A DNA stretch of 49,488 nt from Alphaproteobacteria bacterium (lineage in GTDB: Bacteria; Pseudomonadota; Alphaproteobacteria; ATCC43930; CGMCC-115725), in the NCBI GenBank assembly GCA_019238055.1, contig JAFAOB010000218.1:1-49488 (forward strand), given 5' to 3'. Below, piece after piece: positions 1 to 8,387 of the stretch. Below the pieces are notes generated by a model that did no database searches, was not told the DNA's origin, and saw only the letters and a program-made list of their open reading frames with translations. Position 1 is the first letter of the stretch; each line of letters starts with the position of its first letter. A program made the position numbers and the translations under genes.

Positions 1-166
1 GGGAATTATGGCGCGCATGGGCTTTGATGCGCAGGCCCGCAACGTTTCCTGGGAGATGTTCACCCGGCGCCACCGCGATGCGGCGATGATTGCAATCACC
101 GGGCTGGCGCTGGTTGGGCTGGCCGGTCTCTTTCGGAGGCGGGGCGGCGACAATTCAGCGACGAAA

Positions 167-469
167 TCAGAACTGGGGCAGGCCTCCCCGGCGGGTGGCA
201 TAGTCGGTCCAGGTCAGACCGTAGAGAAATAACAGCCAGAAAAACCCGCTGCCGGCGAAAATCCATTTGAGGCGCGGCGGGCCCTTCAATCGCATAAATA
301 GAATAAACAAGATCGAGGCTTGGGTCGCGGCGATGCCGTATTGAATGACAGGTGCATAAAGGCCGAGGCCGAGAAATGCGATCCAAATGCTGATCGCGGT
401 GAGCAGGATCATTACCAGCCAAGCGATAATATAGAGCAAGTTCGAGTCATGCTCGCTGGTGTTCTTCAT
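167..469 (-). CDS. small membrane subunit IV-like protein of caa3-type cytochrome c oxidase
   Basis: Internal Met (MKNTSEHDS..) of ORF 167..598. Its ATG overlaps the subunit III stop as ATGA at 466-469. About 100 aa with 3 hydrophobic helices, last gene of the oxidase operon. Confidence 0.6.
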   Translation of the reverse strand: MKNTSEHDSNLLYIIAWLVMILLTAISIWIAFLGLGLYAPVIQYGIAATQASILFILFMRLKGPPRLKWIFAGSGFFWLLFLYGLTWTDYATRRGGLPQF

Positions 470-1119
470 GACCGACCCACCAGATAAATCGACGGAAACA
501 AAAACAGCCACACCGTGTCGACAAAGCTCCAGTAGAGGCCGACCACCTCGAGTGGGGCATAATAGTCGGGAGTGATTTCGCCGCGCCGGATCCGCCACAG
601 CAGCATGTAAAGGACGAGTCCAACGCCGATCGTCAAATGAATGGCATGCAGGCCGGTACCGACCCAGTAAAACACCCAGAACAACTCGCCGGCCGGCGCC
701 TCTCCGGGCTTCATCTCAAAATTCGCGACCGGCACGACCTTATCGTTATAATCAAGGTTGTATTCATAACCTTTGATTCCGAGAAAACACATGCCGAGCG
801 CCGCGGTCGCAATTAGCCACCAGATCATCGCGCGGCGGCGTCCATCGGCCGCGGCATTGATTGCCAGCACCATTGTCAAGCTGCTGGTGATCAGGATTCC
901 GATATTGGCACTGCCGCACCACAAGACCGCGTCTCTTGCCGCGACATCGAATTCGTGTGAATAAAGAATCCGATAGATATAATACGTAAAAATCAACGTT
1001 CCGAAGAACAGCGTCTCGGTCGTGATGAAAACCCACATTCCGAGCTGGGCGGTATCACCCTGCTGCGACAGATCGGCATACTGAATCTCCGGCGAGATTG
1101 TGCGGCTAGACATAGGCAT
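466..1119 (-). CDS. cytochrome c oxidase subunit III
   Basis: 217-aa polytopic membrane protein (..WVFITTETLFFGTLIFTY.., ..GLHAIHLTIG..) directly downstream of subunit I. An alternative start lies at 1113. Confidence 0.88.
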   Translation of the reverse strand: MPMSSRTISPEIQYADLSQQGDTAQLGMWVFITTETLFFGTLIFTYYIYRILYSHEFDVAARDAVLWCGSANIGILITSSLTMVLAINAAADGRRRAMIWWLIATAALGMCFLGIKGYEYNLDYNDKVVPVANFEMKPGEAPAGELFWVFYWVGTGLHAIHLTIGVGLVLYMLLWRIRRGEITPDYYAPLEVVGLYWSFVDTVWLFLFPSIYLVGRS

Positions 1120-2749
1120 GTTTGACGCCGTCCTGGGTGATATAGCTGCCGTCTTCCGGGTTGTAAGAATAGGGGCCGAGCTTGACGGTTGGGGTCAGTT
1201 CCCAATTATGGGTCGGTGGCGGGGATGGCGTGGTCCATTCGAGGCCGGTTGCACCCCAAGGGTTGGGGCCGGCCCGCCTGCCGTAGAGCAAGGACCAGCC
1301 GAGATAAAACAGCGGCAACGCATAGGCGACCGCAAGGATCGAAGCCCCGGCGGAGGACAAAAGGTTCCAAGATTCCCACGCTGGCACATAAGTATAATAG
1401 CGCCGCGGCATCCCGAGATAACCAAGAATAAATTGCGGAAAAAAGGTTAAGTTGAACCCGACAAAAGTCAGCGTTGCAGCAAACCGCGCCCACGATTCCG
1501 GATAAAAGCGGCCGGTCATCTTTGGCCACCAGTAATGCAATCCACCGAAAAATGCGCTGACCGTGCCGCCGACCATGATATAATGAAAATGGGCGATGAC
1601 GAAATAAGTGTCATGCACGTGCACGTCGACGGCCAAGGTCGCGACGATCAACCCGGTCAGGCCGCCAATCGTAAACAGCAGGACGAAGCCGAGCGCGTAG
1701 AGCATCGGCGCGTCGAAGACGATCGAGCCTTTATGCAGGCTGACAGTCCAGTTGAAGACCTTGATCGCCGATGGCACTGCAACAAAAAAGCTCAATAACG
1801 AGAATACAACCGCCGAATATATCGAAATCCCAGCGACAAACATGTGATGTGCCCAAACAAAAAAGCTGATGATGGCGATTGCCATCAAGGCCATGACCAT
1901 CCCCAAATAGCCGAAGATCGGCCGCCGTGCGTAACAAGAGATCAGTTCACTGACAACACCCATTGCCGGCAGGATCATGATGTAAACCGCAGGATGAGAG
2001 TAGAACCAGAACATGTGTTGCCACAGTATTGGATCGCCGCCGCGCGACGGGTCGAACATGCCGACGCCGATGAATCGCTCGACACATAGCAAAAACATGT
2101 CCATGGCTAGGACCGGTGTCGCGGTTAGCATCACGATACTGACCGAGTACATCGCCCAGACGAACAGCGGTAACCGCAGCCAAGTCATCCCCGGCGCACG
2201 CAGCCGGTGGGTGGTCACGACGAAGTTCAGCGATGTCATGATCGACGAGAAGCCATTGATGAACACGGCCAGCGCCGCAGCGAATACATATCCACTTGCG
2301 TATTGCGTCGAATAGGGAGGATAGAAGGTCCAGCCGGTATCGATGCCACCCATAACGAGTGCATAGAGCAGAACGAGACCGGACAAGTTGAACACATACC
2401 AACTAAGCAGATTGACCCGAGGAAAGGCGAGGTCGTGCGCTCCGATCATCATCGGCAAGAAGAAATTGCCAAACGTGTTCGGAATTGACGGAATCAGAAA
2501 AAACCACACCATCATCACGCCATGTACTGTAAACATGCGGTTGTAAACCGAGGGCTGCAGCAGCCCCCCTGGCGTGGCCAAATGCAGGCGGATCATGGTC
2601 GCGGCAAAACCACCGATAAAAAAGAAAAACGTGATCGACGCGAAAAAAAGTAGGGCGATGCGCTTATGGTCTTTGGTGAACAACCAAGAGACGATCGTGT
2701 TTTCCTCGGTCGCATAATTGCGCGGCAGATCGATCGCGATCGTCGTCAT
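1106..2749 (-). CDS. ctaD: cytochrome c oxidase subunit I (heme-copper oxidase catalytic subunit)
   Basis: 547 aa with 12-TM architecture and hallmark motifs: FWFYSHPAVYIMILP, VWAHHMF, IAHFHYIMVGG. Confidence 0.97.
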   Translation of the reverse strand: MTTIAIDLPRNYATEENTIVSWLFTKDHKRIALLFFASITFFFFIGGFAATMIRLHLATPGGLLQPSVYNRMFTVHGVMMVWFFLIPSIPNTFGNFFLPMMIGAHDLAFPRVNLLSWYVFNLSGLVLLYALVMGGIDTGWTFYPPYSTQYASGYVFAAALAVFINGFSSIMTSLNFVVTTHRLRAPGMTWLRLPLFVWAMYSVSIVMLTATPVLAMDMFLLCVERFIGVGMFDPSRGGDPILWQHMFWFYSHPAVYIMILPAMGVVSELISCYARRPIFGYLGMVMALMAIAIISFFVWAHHMFVAGISIYSAVVFSLLSFFVAVPSAIKVFNWTVSLHKGSIVFDAPMLYALGFVLLFTIGGLTGLIVATLAVDVHVHDTYFVIAHFHYIMVGGTVSAFFGGLHYWWPKMTGRFYPESWARFAATLTFVGFNLTFFPQFILGYLGMPRRYYTYVPAWESWNLLSSAGASILAVAYALPLFYLGWSLLYGRRAGPNPWGATGLEWTTPSPPPTHNWELTPTVKLGPYSYNPEDGSYITQDGVKHAYV

Positions 2750-3699
2750 CGTGAGAACTCCTGGCTGCCGATCGATTGGATGTAGGCGACGAGCTTTAAG
2801 ATATTGTCTTCGCTGATCTGGCCGGCAAAACTCGGCATGACATTGGACGGATAACCGGCGGGAATTTGTTCATTCGGCATCAGGATCTTGTCGTGGATGT
2901 AGCGCTCATCTGCCCTGACGGCCCCCCCGTTCTGCAGGTGAACAATACTGCCGTAAAGACCGACCAGGGTCGGCGCATGCACGGTACTATTGGCGCCGTG
3001 GCAACCGCTGCAGCCGTACTGGCGGAATAGCGCTTCTCCCTGTAGCGCAAGCGATTCACGAATTCCGTGGGAGGTCAGCCACGCGGCATAGTCCGCTGGT
3101 GTCATAACGACGACGTAGCCCTTCATCGTCGCGTGCTGTACGCCGCAAAATTGGCTGCACTCGATCTGATAGGTGCCAGTTTTTGTGGCCTTGAACCAAA
3201 TCGTCTCATATGTGCCGCTCACCACATCGCGTTTGACGCGGAAAGCAGGCACAAAGAAACTGTGGATCACGTCCTGCGAGGCCATCACCAAGCGAATGGT
3301 TTTGTCGACCGGGACGTGCAATGTATCAATCTCGCGCTGGCCGCCCGGATGCTGGAACTTCCACATCCATTGCTTGGCGACGACATAGATTTCGATGTCG
3401 CCAGGCGGCGTTTTGAACAGCCAAATGTAGATCGAGGCTCCCCAGCAGAACAGCACGAGAAAGGCGACGAGCGTCGCGGTGGTCCAGGTGATTTCCCAAT
3501 GCCAGGTCTTTTTGACGCGGTCGGCGCGCGAGACGGTGCTGCCCTGGCGATAGCGGACGCAAAACGTCATCATCATGCCGACGACCATCGCTATGATCAG
3601 ACCGCAGAGACCCAGTTCGGCAATGTAGAGATTGTTGACGACGACCGCATTCAGGGCAGCGGTGCGCGGCCAAAACGGAACCCAATGATACTGATCCAT
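2746..3699 (-). CDS. coxB: cytochrome c oxidase subunit II with C-terminal cytochrome c domain (caa3-type)
   Basis: CuA site HSFFVPAF...CSQFCGVQHATM and a heme c CSGCHG motif near the C-terminus. Start taken at internal Met MDQYHW (3699), 6 nt after the SCO stop. The track's N-terminal extension overlaps the SCO gene. Confidence 0.92.
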   Translation of the reverse strand: MDQYHWVPFWPRTAALNAVVVNNLYIAELGLCGLIIAMVVGMMMTFCVRYRQGSTVSRADRVKKTWHWEITWTTATLVAFLVLFCWGASIYIWLFKTPPGDIEIYVVAKQWMWKFQHPGGQREIDTLHVPVDKTIRLVMASQDVIHSFFVPAFRVKRDVVSGTYETIWFKATKTGTYQIECSQFCGVQHATMKGYVVVMTPADYAAWLTSHGIRESLALQGEALFRQYGCSGCHGANSTVHAPTLVGLYGSIVHLQNGGAVRADERYIHDKILMPNEQIPAGYPSNVMPSFAGQISEDNILKLVAYIQSIGSQEFSR

Positions 3700-3704
3700 C
3701 GCTT

Positions 3705-4490
3705 TCAGCCGTGACGCCGCCGCATGATTGCCCCGAAGATGAAAATCAGCGCTGTCCCTGCGGCGATATTGCCAATCATCAGCGCCGCCACGACCGGGAC
3801 GGTATAGCGGCCGAGCGGCGTGCCTTCGATGTGACACAGCAACACCAGCCGCTCGAGCGGGCTCAGCGTTTGTCCGCGCGCTGCGTCGGCGAGCCCGGTG
3901 CTGAGATCGGACGCTGTAGGCCCGACCCCGAATATGTAGCGGCTGATCCGGCCGTCGCGACCGGCGAGGATAAAGCCGGCGGGATGGATATATTGGCCGG
4001 TGTCGGGATCGAACCGATAAGGAAAGCCGATCGTGTCAGCGATCTGCCGCGCCGCTTCGACCGAACCTCCCAGAAAGTGGACGCCGGCGGCGGTCCCGGG
4101 ATGGTGATAGAGGGCGAGATATTTCGCCTTCGCACGCGCCAAATCGGCAGGCTTATCGCGTGGATCGATGCTGATCGCCAGCATCTGAAAATCGCGTCCG
4201 GCATCGAGCGGCAGCGCGTCGAGCGCCGCGATGGTATTTTCCAGGGTCAGGCCGCACAGGGATTTGCAGCGCAGATATTCGAGAACCACCACGACCGGCT
4301 CTTTGCCGAAGAACTCTCCGAGCGTCATGGCGCCACCGTCCTCGGCATAAAGTGGCTCGGCGAGCGGCAGCCGTGCACCCGGATGCGGCCGAAAGGCGAA
4401 GGCTGCTGGGTCGACTGGCGAAGAAGCCTCCGCCATGCCGGCAGCGAACAGCGAAAGGCCAAATGAAAGCACGGCGACCATGCGCTTCAC
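3705..4490 (-). CDS. SCO/SenC family copper chaperone (thioredoxin fold) with signal peptide and C-terminal TM
   Basis: N-terminal signal MKRMVAVLSFGLSLFAAGMAEA, a CxxxC motif (RCKSLCG), and a position between ACIII and the oxidase genes. Confidence 0.82.
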   Translation of the reverse strand: MKRMVAVLSFGLSLFAAGMAEASSPVDPAAFAFRPHPGARLPLAEPLYAEDGGAMTLGEFFGKEPVVVVLEYLRCKSLCGLTLENTIAALDALPLDAGRDFQMLAISIDPRDKPADLARAKAKYLALYHHPGTAAGVHFLGGSVEAARQIADTIGFPYRFDPDTGQYIHPAGFILAGRDGRISRYIFGVGPTASDLSTGLADAARGQTLSPLERLVLLCHIEGTPLGRYTVPVVAALMIGNIAAGTALIFIFGAIMRRRHG

Positions 4491-4861
4491 GGCTGCCCCT
4501 TTGGAAAACCGTCAATGCCCGACTGAGCGAGTTTTTTCATCGCCTGTTCGATCGGGATGTGCACGATTCCTTTCGCTTTATCGATCCAGTAATAAGTGTT
4601 GAGACGCTGATCCTCATGCAGGCGAAAGCTTTTCAGGTCCAGCTGTGGATCGATTTGCAACTCTGGGGACGGCGGTTTGATAAGCAGCTTGCGGCTGACA
4701 TCCGTTACCGAGTTTGGATAAGCCGCCCATAAAACGAAGGGGATAATGACTAAAAAGACAAAAATCCCAATGTAAACAAAGCTGACTTTGTCAAGCGGCC
4801 AATCCTCCTGTTCATAGGCGGCCTGAGGATTGTCGTGCTTTACGTCCGCCACATCAGCCAT
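4487..4861 (-). CDS. uncharacterised single-TM membrane protein of the ACIII-oxidase operon (positional ActG-like)
   Basis: ORF 4487..4891 with start chosen at MADVADV (4861), giving an 8-nt overlap with the actF stop and a 4-nt overlap with the SCO start. One TM helix (VSFVYIGIFVFLVIIPFVLWAAY). I recognise no motif. Confidence 0.55.
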   Translation of the reverse strand: MADVADVKHDNPQAAYEQEDWPLDKVSFVYIGIFVFLVIIPFVLWAAYPNSVTDVSRKLLIKPPSPELQIDPQLDLKSFRLHEDQRLNTYYWIDKAKGIVHIPIEQAMKKLAQSGIDGFPKGQP

Positions 4862-5966
4862 GGCTCGCTGCCTTCCAGACCGGCCAGACACCCGGGCTCA
4901 GCAGGTGTCGGTAGCGCATCGCCCACACGAAGATCAGGATCATTGGGCCGCCCAGCGCCGCGATCGCGGCCACATCGAGCCAGAAGGGACCTGCATTGGG
5001 GAATTCCGGGATCACAAGCCACCACTTTTCGGCCACGCGGCTCAGTACGATCAAACAGCATATCGCCGCCACGACGCCGCGGCTGCGCTTGCTCGGCCGC
5101 CACAGCAGCACAAAAAACGGGATGACGAATCCGAACGCGATCCAGATATAGAGTGCTGCTCTCCATACTCCGGTGATGCGGGTCAAATAATACGGGATCT
5201 CGGTCCTCAGGTTTGATTCCCAGATGATCAAATACTGGCTGTACTCGACATAGGCCCAAAAAATTGTCGTACCGAGCAGGATCGCCGCCAAATCGGCCAT
5301 ATGGTCGCGGCGGCTGCCGGCAAAGTGCCCGCTGATTGCCACCACCAACAGCACGATGGCGAGCCCGGTATTGAACCAGCCGGCCTCGACGATGTAGGGG
5401 AAAACCGAAGACCAGAATTTCGGCTCGAGTGACAAGATCCAATCGATCGAGGCAAAGCCAGCCGAGAATGCCAGGACGACGAGCCCGACGCCGCTAATCC
5501 AGGAAAATCCGGGTAGGATCGGGGCCATCTCTCCGCGCGGCGCCCATAAGGCGAAGGCGGCGAGCAAGTTCCACAGCACGACATAGATCCCATACCTCAA
5601 CCAAAACATCGCGGGGTTGAGGTAAAACGTATTGCTGAGGCTGGTGGCCGGATGGACCCAGCTATAGAGCGCACCGAGCCCGACAAAGGCCGGGATCCCG
5701 GCAAGCGTCGCGAGCGGCATTGTTACGATCGCCGCATGAAGTGTCGGGCGGGCGCTCGCCATCCAATTGCCGCCGGTCAAGTCATGCACCATCACCAGCG
5801 TCACCCCGGCCAGCGGCAGACCGAGCCAAAACAGATAAGTGCAGAGCCAAGCCCGATAAAAATCCGTGACATCGATTACCGCCCCGACGACGCAGCCGGC
5901 AACGCCAATGACCAGCGCGGCAACAGAGCCGATATTGGCATTGCGGAAGATGCGGTCGTCGTTCAT
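4854..5966 (-). CDS. actF: alternative complex III subunit ActF (polytopic membrane protein)
   Basis: 370-aa multi-TM protein following actE with a 4-nt overlap. Order matches actABCDEF. Confidence 0.8.
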   Translation of the reverse strand: MNDDRIFRNANIGSVAALVIGVAGCVVGAVIDVTDFYRAWLCTYLFWLGLPLAGVTLVMVHDLTGGNWMASARPTLHAAIVTMPLATLAGIPAFVGLGALYSWVHPATSLSNTFYLNPAMFWLRYGIYVVLWNLLAAFALWAPRGEMAPILPGFSWISGVGLVVLAFSAGFASIDWILSLEPKFWSSVFPYIVEAGWFNTGLAIVLLVVAISGHFAGSRRDHMADLAAILLGTTIFWAYVEYSQYLIIWESNLRTEIPYYLTRITGVWRAALYIWIAFGFVIPFFVLLWRPSKRSRGVVAAICCLIVLSRVAEKWWLVIPEFPNAGPFWLDVAAIAALGGPMILIFVWAMRYRHLLSPGVWPVWKAASHG

Positions 5967-6478
5967 TGAAGGAGCGACCGCTGCGCGGGCGGCACTTCGG
6001 CGAGCCGGGCATTCTCGCTCGCCTGCAAGGCCCGGATATAGGTGATGATTGCCCAGCGGTCGGGTGGTGCGACGCGCACAGCGTATGGGTACATCACGCC
6101 ATGCCCGTGCGTGATCACATCGTAATAATGTTGGTTCGAGGCTTTGATCAGATTGGCGCTGAAGTAGGACGGTGGCCGCGGAAAGCCGCGCTGAACGATC
6201 ATGCCATTGCCGTCGCCGACCCGGTTATGACACGGGGAGCAGTAAATATCGTAGCGTTGCTGGCCGCGTGCGAGCAATGCTATGGTGACCGGCGGCGGTG
6301 GGGGCGGCCCAAACGGCTCGTCATTGGCGACGATGCCTGCGGGCGGCAGCGCCGGCCAATTCGCCTCGGCGCCATAAGGCAGCTGAAACGGCAAGCGCTT
6401 TGGCTGATTCGCCATATTGTCGCAGCCGGCCATGGCCAGGGCGAGCCCCGCAACTGCTATGATTGGCAATCGTCTCAT
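5963..6478 (-). CDS. actE: alternative complex III subunit ActE (monoheme cytochrome c lipoprotein)
   Basis: Start at internal Met MRRLPIIAVAGLALAMAGC (lipobox) overlapping the actD stop (6475-6478). Single heme motif CSPCHN. Confidence 0.85.
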   Translation of the reverse strand: MRRLPIIAVAGLALAMAGCDNMANQPKRLPFQLPYGAEANWPALPPAGIVANDEPFGPPPPPPVTIALLARGQQRYDIYCSPCHNRVGDGNGMIVQRGFPRPPSYFSANLIKASNQHYYDVITHGHGVMYPYAVRVAPPDRWAIITYIRALQASENARLAEVPPAQRSLLQ

Positions 6479-7026
6479 GTGCCCGGCACCTCGGCCACAT
6501 GCTCGGCGCCATGGTTCTCGAAGATGCAGCGCAGGTATTCCGGATCGAAGCCCTGATCGCGCGCCTCGATACATAGCACGAAGCGGTCCACCGAGGCTCG
6601 CCCAAATGCGTCGGCATTAAAGATTGGATGGTAAAGACGTGGCAATCGGCATCCCAAAAGCAAAACAAAAGTGCAGGCCGCGATCGTTACCAGCAGCGTG
6701 AACTGGACTGTACCGACGATGAATGCCGGCCAGCTATTGAGAGGGCGGCCGCCGACATTGATCGGGTAATTGAGCGCCTCGTCCCACCACTGGATGAAAT
6801 AGCCCCAACATGCGGCGAGCACGGCAGCGCCAAAGATCACTAGCGGCAAAAGCCGCCAGCGCCACTCCGGTGCTGGATGCAGGATCTCGTCGAGGCCTTC
6901 GACCGGGTACGGGGAATAGGCTTCGACCGCGCGAAATCCGGAGCGGCGCAGATGTCGTGCTGCGGCCTTCAGCGCTTCAGGATTGTCGAACACGCCTATC
7001 AGCCCGTATTCGTGAAGTTCGCTCAT
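6475..7026 (-). CDS. actD: alternative complex III subunit ActD (DUF3341-type)
   Basis: Start at MSELHEYGLIGVFDNPEALKAAARHL.. overlapping the actC stop as ATGA (7023-7026). Soluble N-domain plus 2 TM helices. Confidence 0.8.
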   Translation of the reverse strand: MSELHEYGLIGVFDNPEALKAAARHLRRSGFRAVEAYSPYPVEGLDEILHPAPEWRWRLLPLVIFGAAVLAACWGYFIQWWDEALNYPINVGGRPLNSWPAFIVGTVQFTLLVTIAACTFVLLLGCRLPRLYHPIFNADAFGRASVDRFVLCIEARDQGFDPEYLRCIFENHGAEHVAEVPGT

Positions 7027-8387
7027 GGGGCGCCGGCGCTCTTTACGATCCGCCGTAACTGCGCGATCGAAACGATCGGCAGCAGTCGCAGCATCAATAG
7101 GAACAGGGTCAAAGCGAGCCCGATCGAGCCGGCGAAGAGCGCCCAGTCCCAAAAGGTCGGATAGTAATTACCCCACTCCGACGGCATGTAGTTGCGGTGC
7201 AGACTCTGCACGATGACGACATAGGGATCGAGCCAGGATCCGACGGCGATGCCGAGCGAGATTGCGAACAGCAGAAGCTGACTGCGGCGAAACCCCGGAA
7301 ACCACAACAGCTGCGGGATGATCACGTTAAGCGCGATTTTCGCCCAATAACACGAGGCATAAAGACCGGAGATGCGATTGAGGAACATTGTGCGCTCGGC
7401 GATGTCGCTGCCGTAGATCGCCCCAAACCCTTCCCACAGATAGGCGTAGGCGAGCAGTAGGCTGGCGACCAGCACCACCTTGGCCATCGCATTCAGGTGA
7501 TATTCGGTCAGGATGTCATCGAGCCCGTAGGCGGCGCGGATCAGTATCGTCAGCATTATGACGAGTGCAAACCCGAACAGAAGCGCGCCAAAGAAGAAGT
7601 ACGGGGGAAATTGTGTCGAGTGCCAGCCGGGTGTCAAACCGCCGGCGAAATCGAGGCCGACAACACCATGGACGACAACCACCATCGGCGCCATGACGGC
7701 GGCCATAATCAAATAGACGAATCGAAAATAAGCCCAATCCTGCGACGAACCGCGCCAACCGAGCGCCAGAACGCCATAAAAAAGCTGTTGGCGCCGGTCT
7801 CGGGCGAGATCGCGCATTGTCGCCAGATCGGGCAGCAGCCCGACGTAAAAATAAAATGTCGCAGCAATAATGTAACAGAGCAGTGAAATGAAGTCCCACC
7901 ACAGCGGACTGCGTACTTGCGGCCAAACCCCCATCACATTCGAATAGGGGAACAGCCAATAAAACAAACCCTGCCGCCCAAGATGCATGATCGGCATGAT
8001 GCCGGCCGATGCTGAGCAGGCGATCGCCACCGCGTCTGCAATCCGGTGGGTTGCTGTGCGCCACGGCGAGCGGGTCAGATAAAACATCGAAGAGAGGAAG
8101 GTGGCGCCGCTCGCGGCTGCGATCCACCACACATAGTCGACGATCGCCAGGCCCCAGGCGACTGGAATATTAATGCCCCAGGCGCCGACCGATTTGTCTA
8201 GGGTCCAGATGACCGCGACGACAAGCACAAGCAGCAGCGATAGGGAAAAACCAAAGCTGATCCACCACCATAGCGGGGTCTTTGGCCGTAGGTTGGGCTC
8301 GCCGACCTCCTCGCTAAGCGAGCGCATGGTGACGCCGGGTGCGACCACCGGCACCGGCGCTTCGCTCGGCAGATCTAGGACCGTCAT
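7023..8387 (-). CDS. actC: alternative complex III subunit ActC (NrfD/PsrC-like quinol-interacting membrane subunit)
   Basis: 454-aa polytopic membrane protein with a 4-nt overlap with actB. Position and architecture are typical of NrfD-family subunits. Confidence 0.9.
   Translation of the reverse strand: MTVLDLPSEAPVPVVAPGVTMRSLSEEVGEPNLRPKTPLWWWISFGFSLSLLLVLVVAVIWTLDKSVGAWGINIPVAWGLAIVDYVWWIAAASGATFLSSMFYLTRSPWRTATHRIADAVAIACSASAGIMPIMHLGRQGLFYWLFPYSNVMGVWPQVRSPLWWDFISLLCYIIAATFYFYVGLLPDLATMRDLARDRRQQLFYGVLALGWRGSSQDWAYFRFVYLIMAAVMAPMVVVVHGVVGLDFAGGLTPGWHSTQFPPYFFFGALLFGFALVIMLTILIRAAYGLDDILTEYHLNAMAKVVLVASLLLAYAYLWEGFGAIYGSDIAERTMFLNRISGLYASCYWAKIALNVIIPQLLWFPGFRRSQLLLFAISLGIAVGSWLDPYVVIVQSLHRNYMPSEWGNYYPTFWDWALFAGSIGLALTLFLLMLRLLPIVSIAQLRRIVKSAGAP

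Noticed and set aside
8-232. 74-aa + ORF at the window start, with a hydrophobic stretch followed by RRR
   Set aside because: It overlaps the 3' end of the oxidase subunit IV-like gene by 66 nt. I recognise no family and it is possibly open upstream of the window. I cannot tell a real C-terminal fragment from chance, so I made no call.
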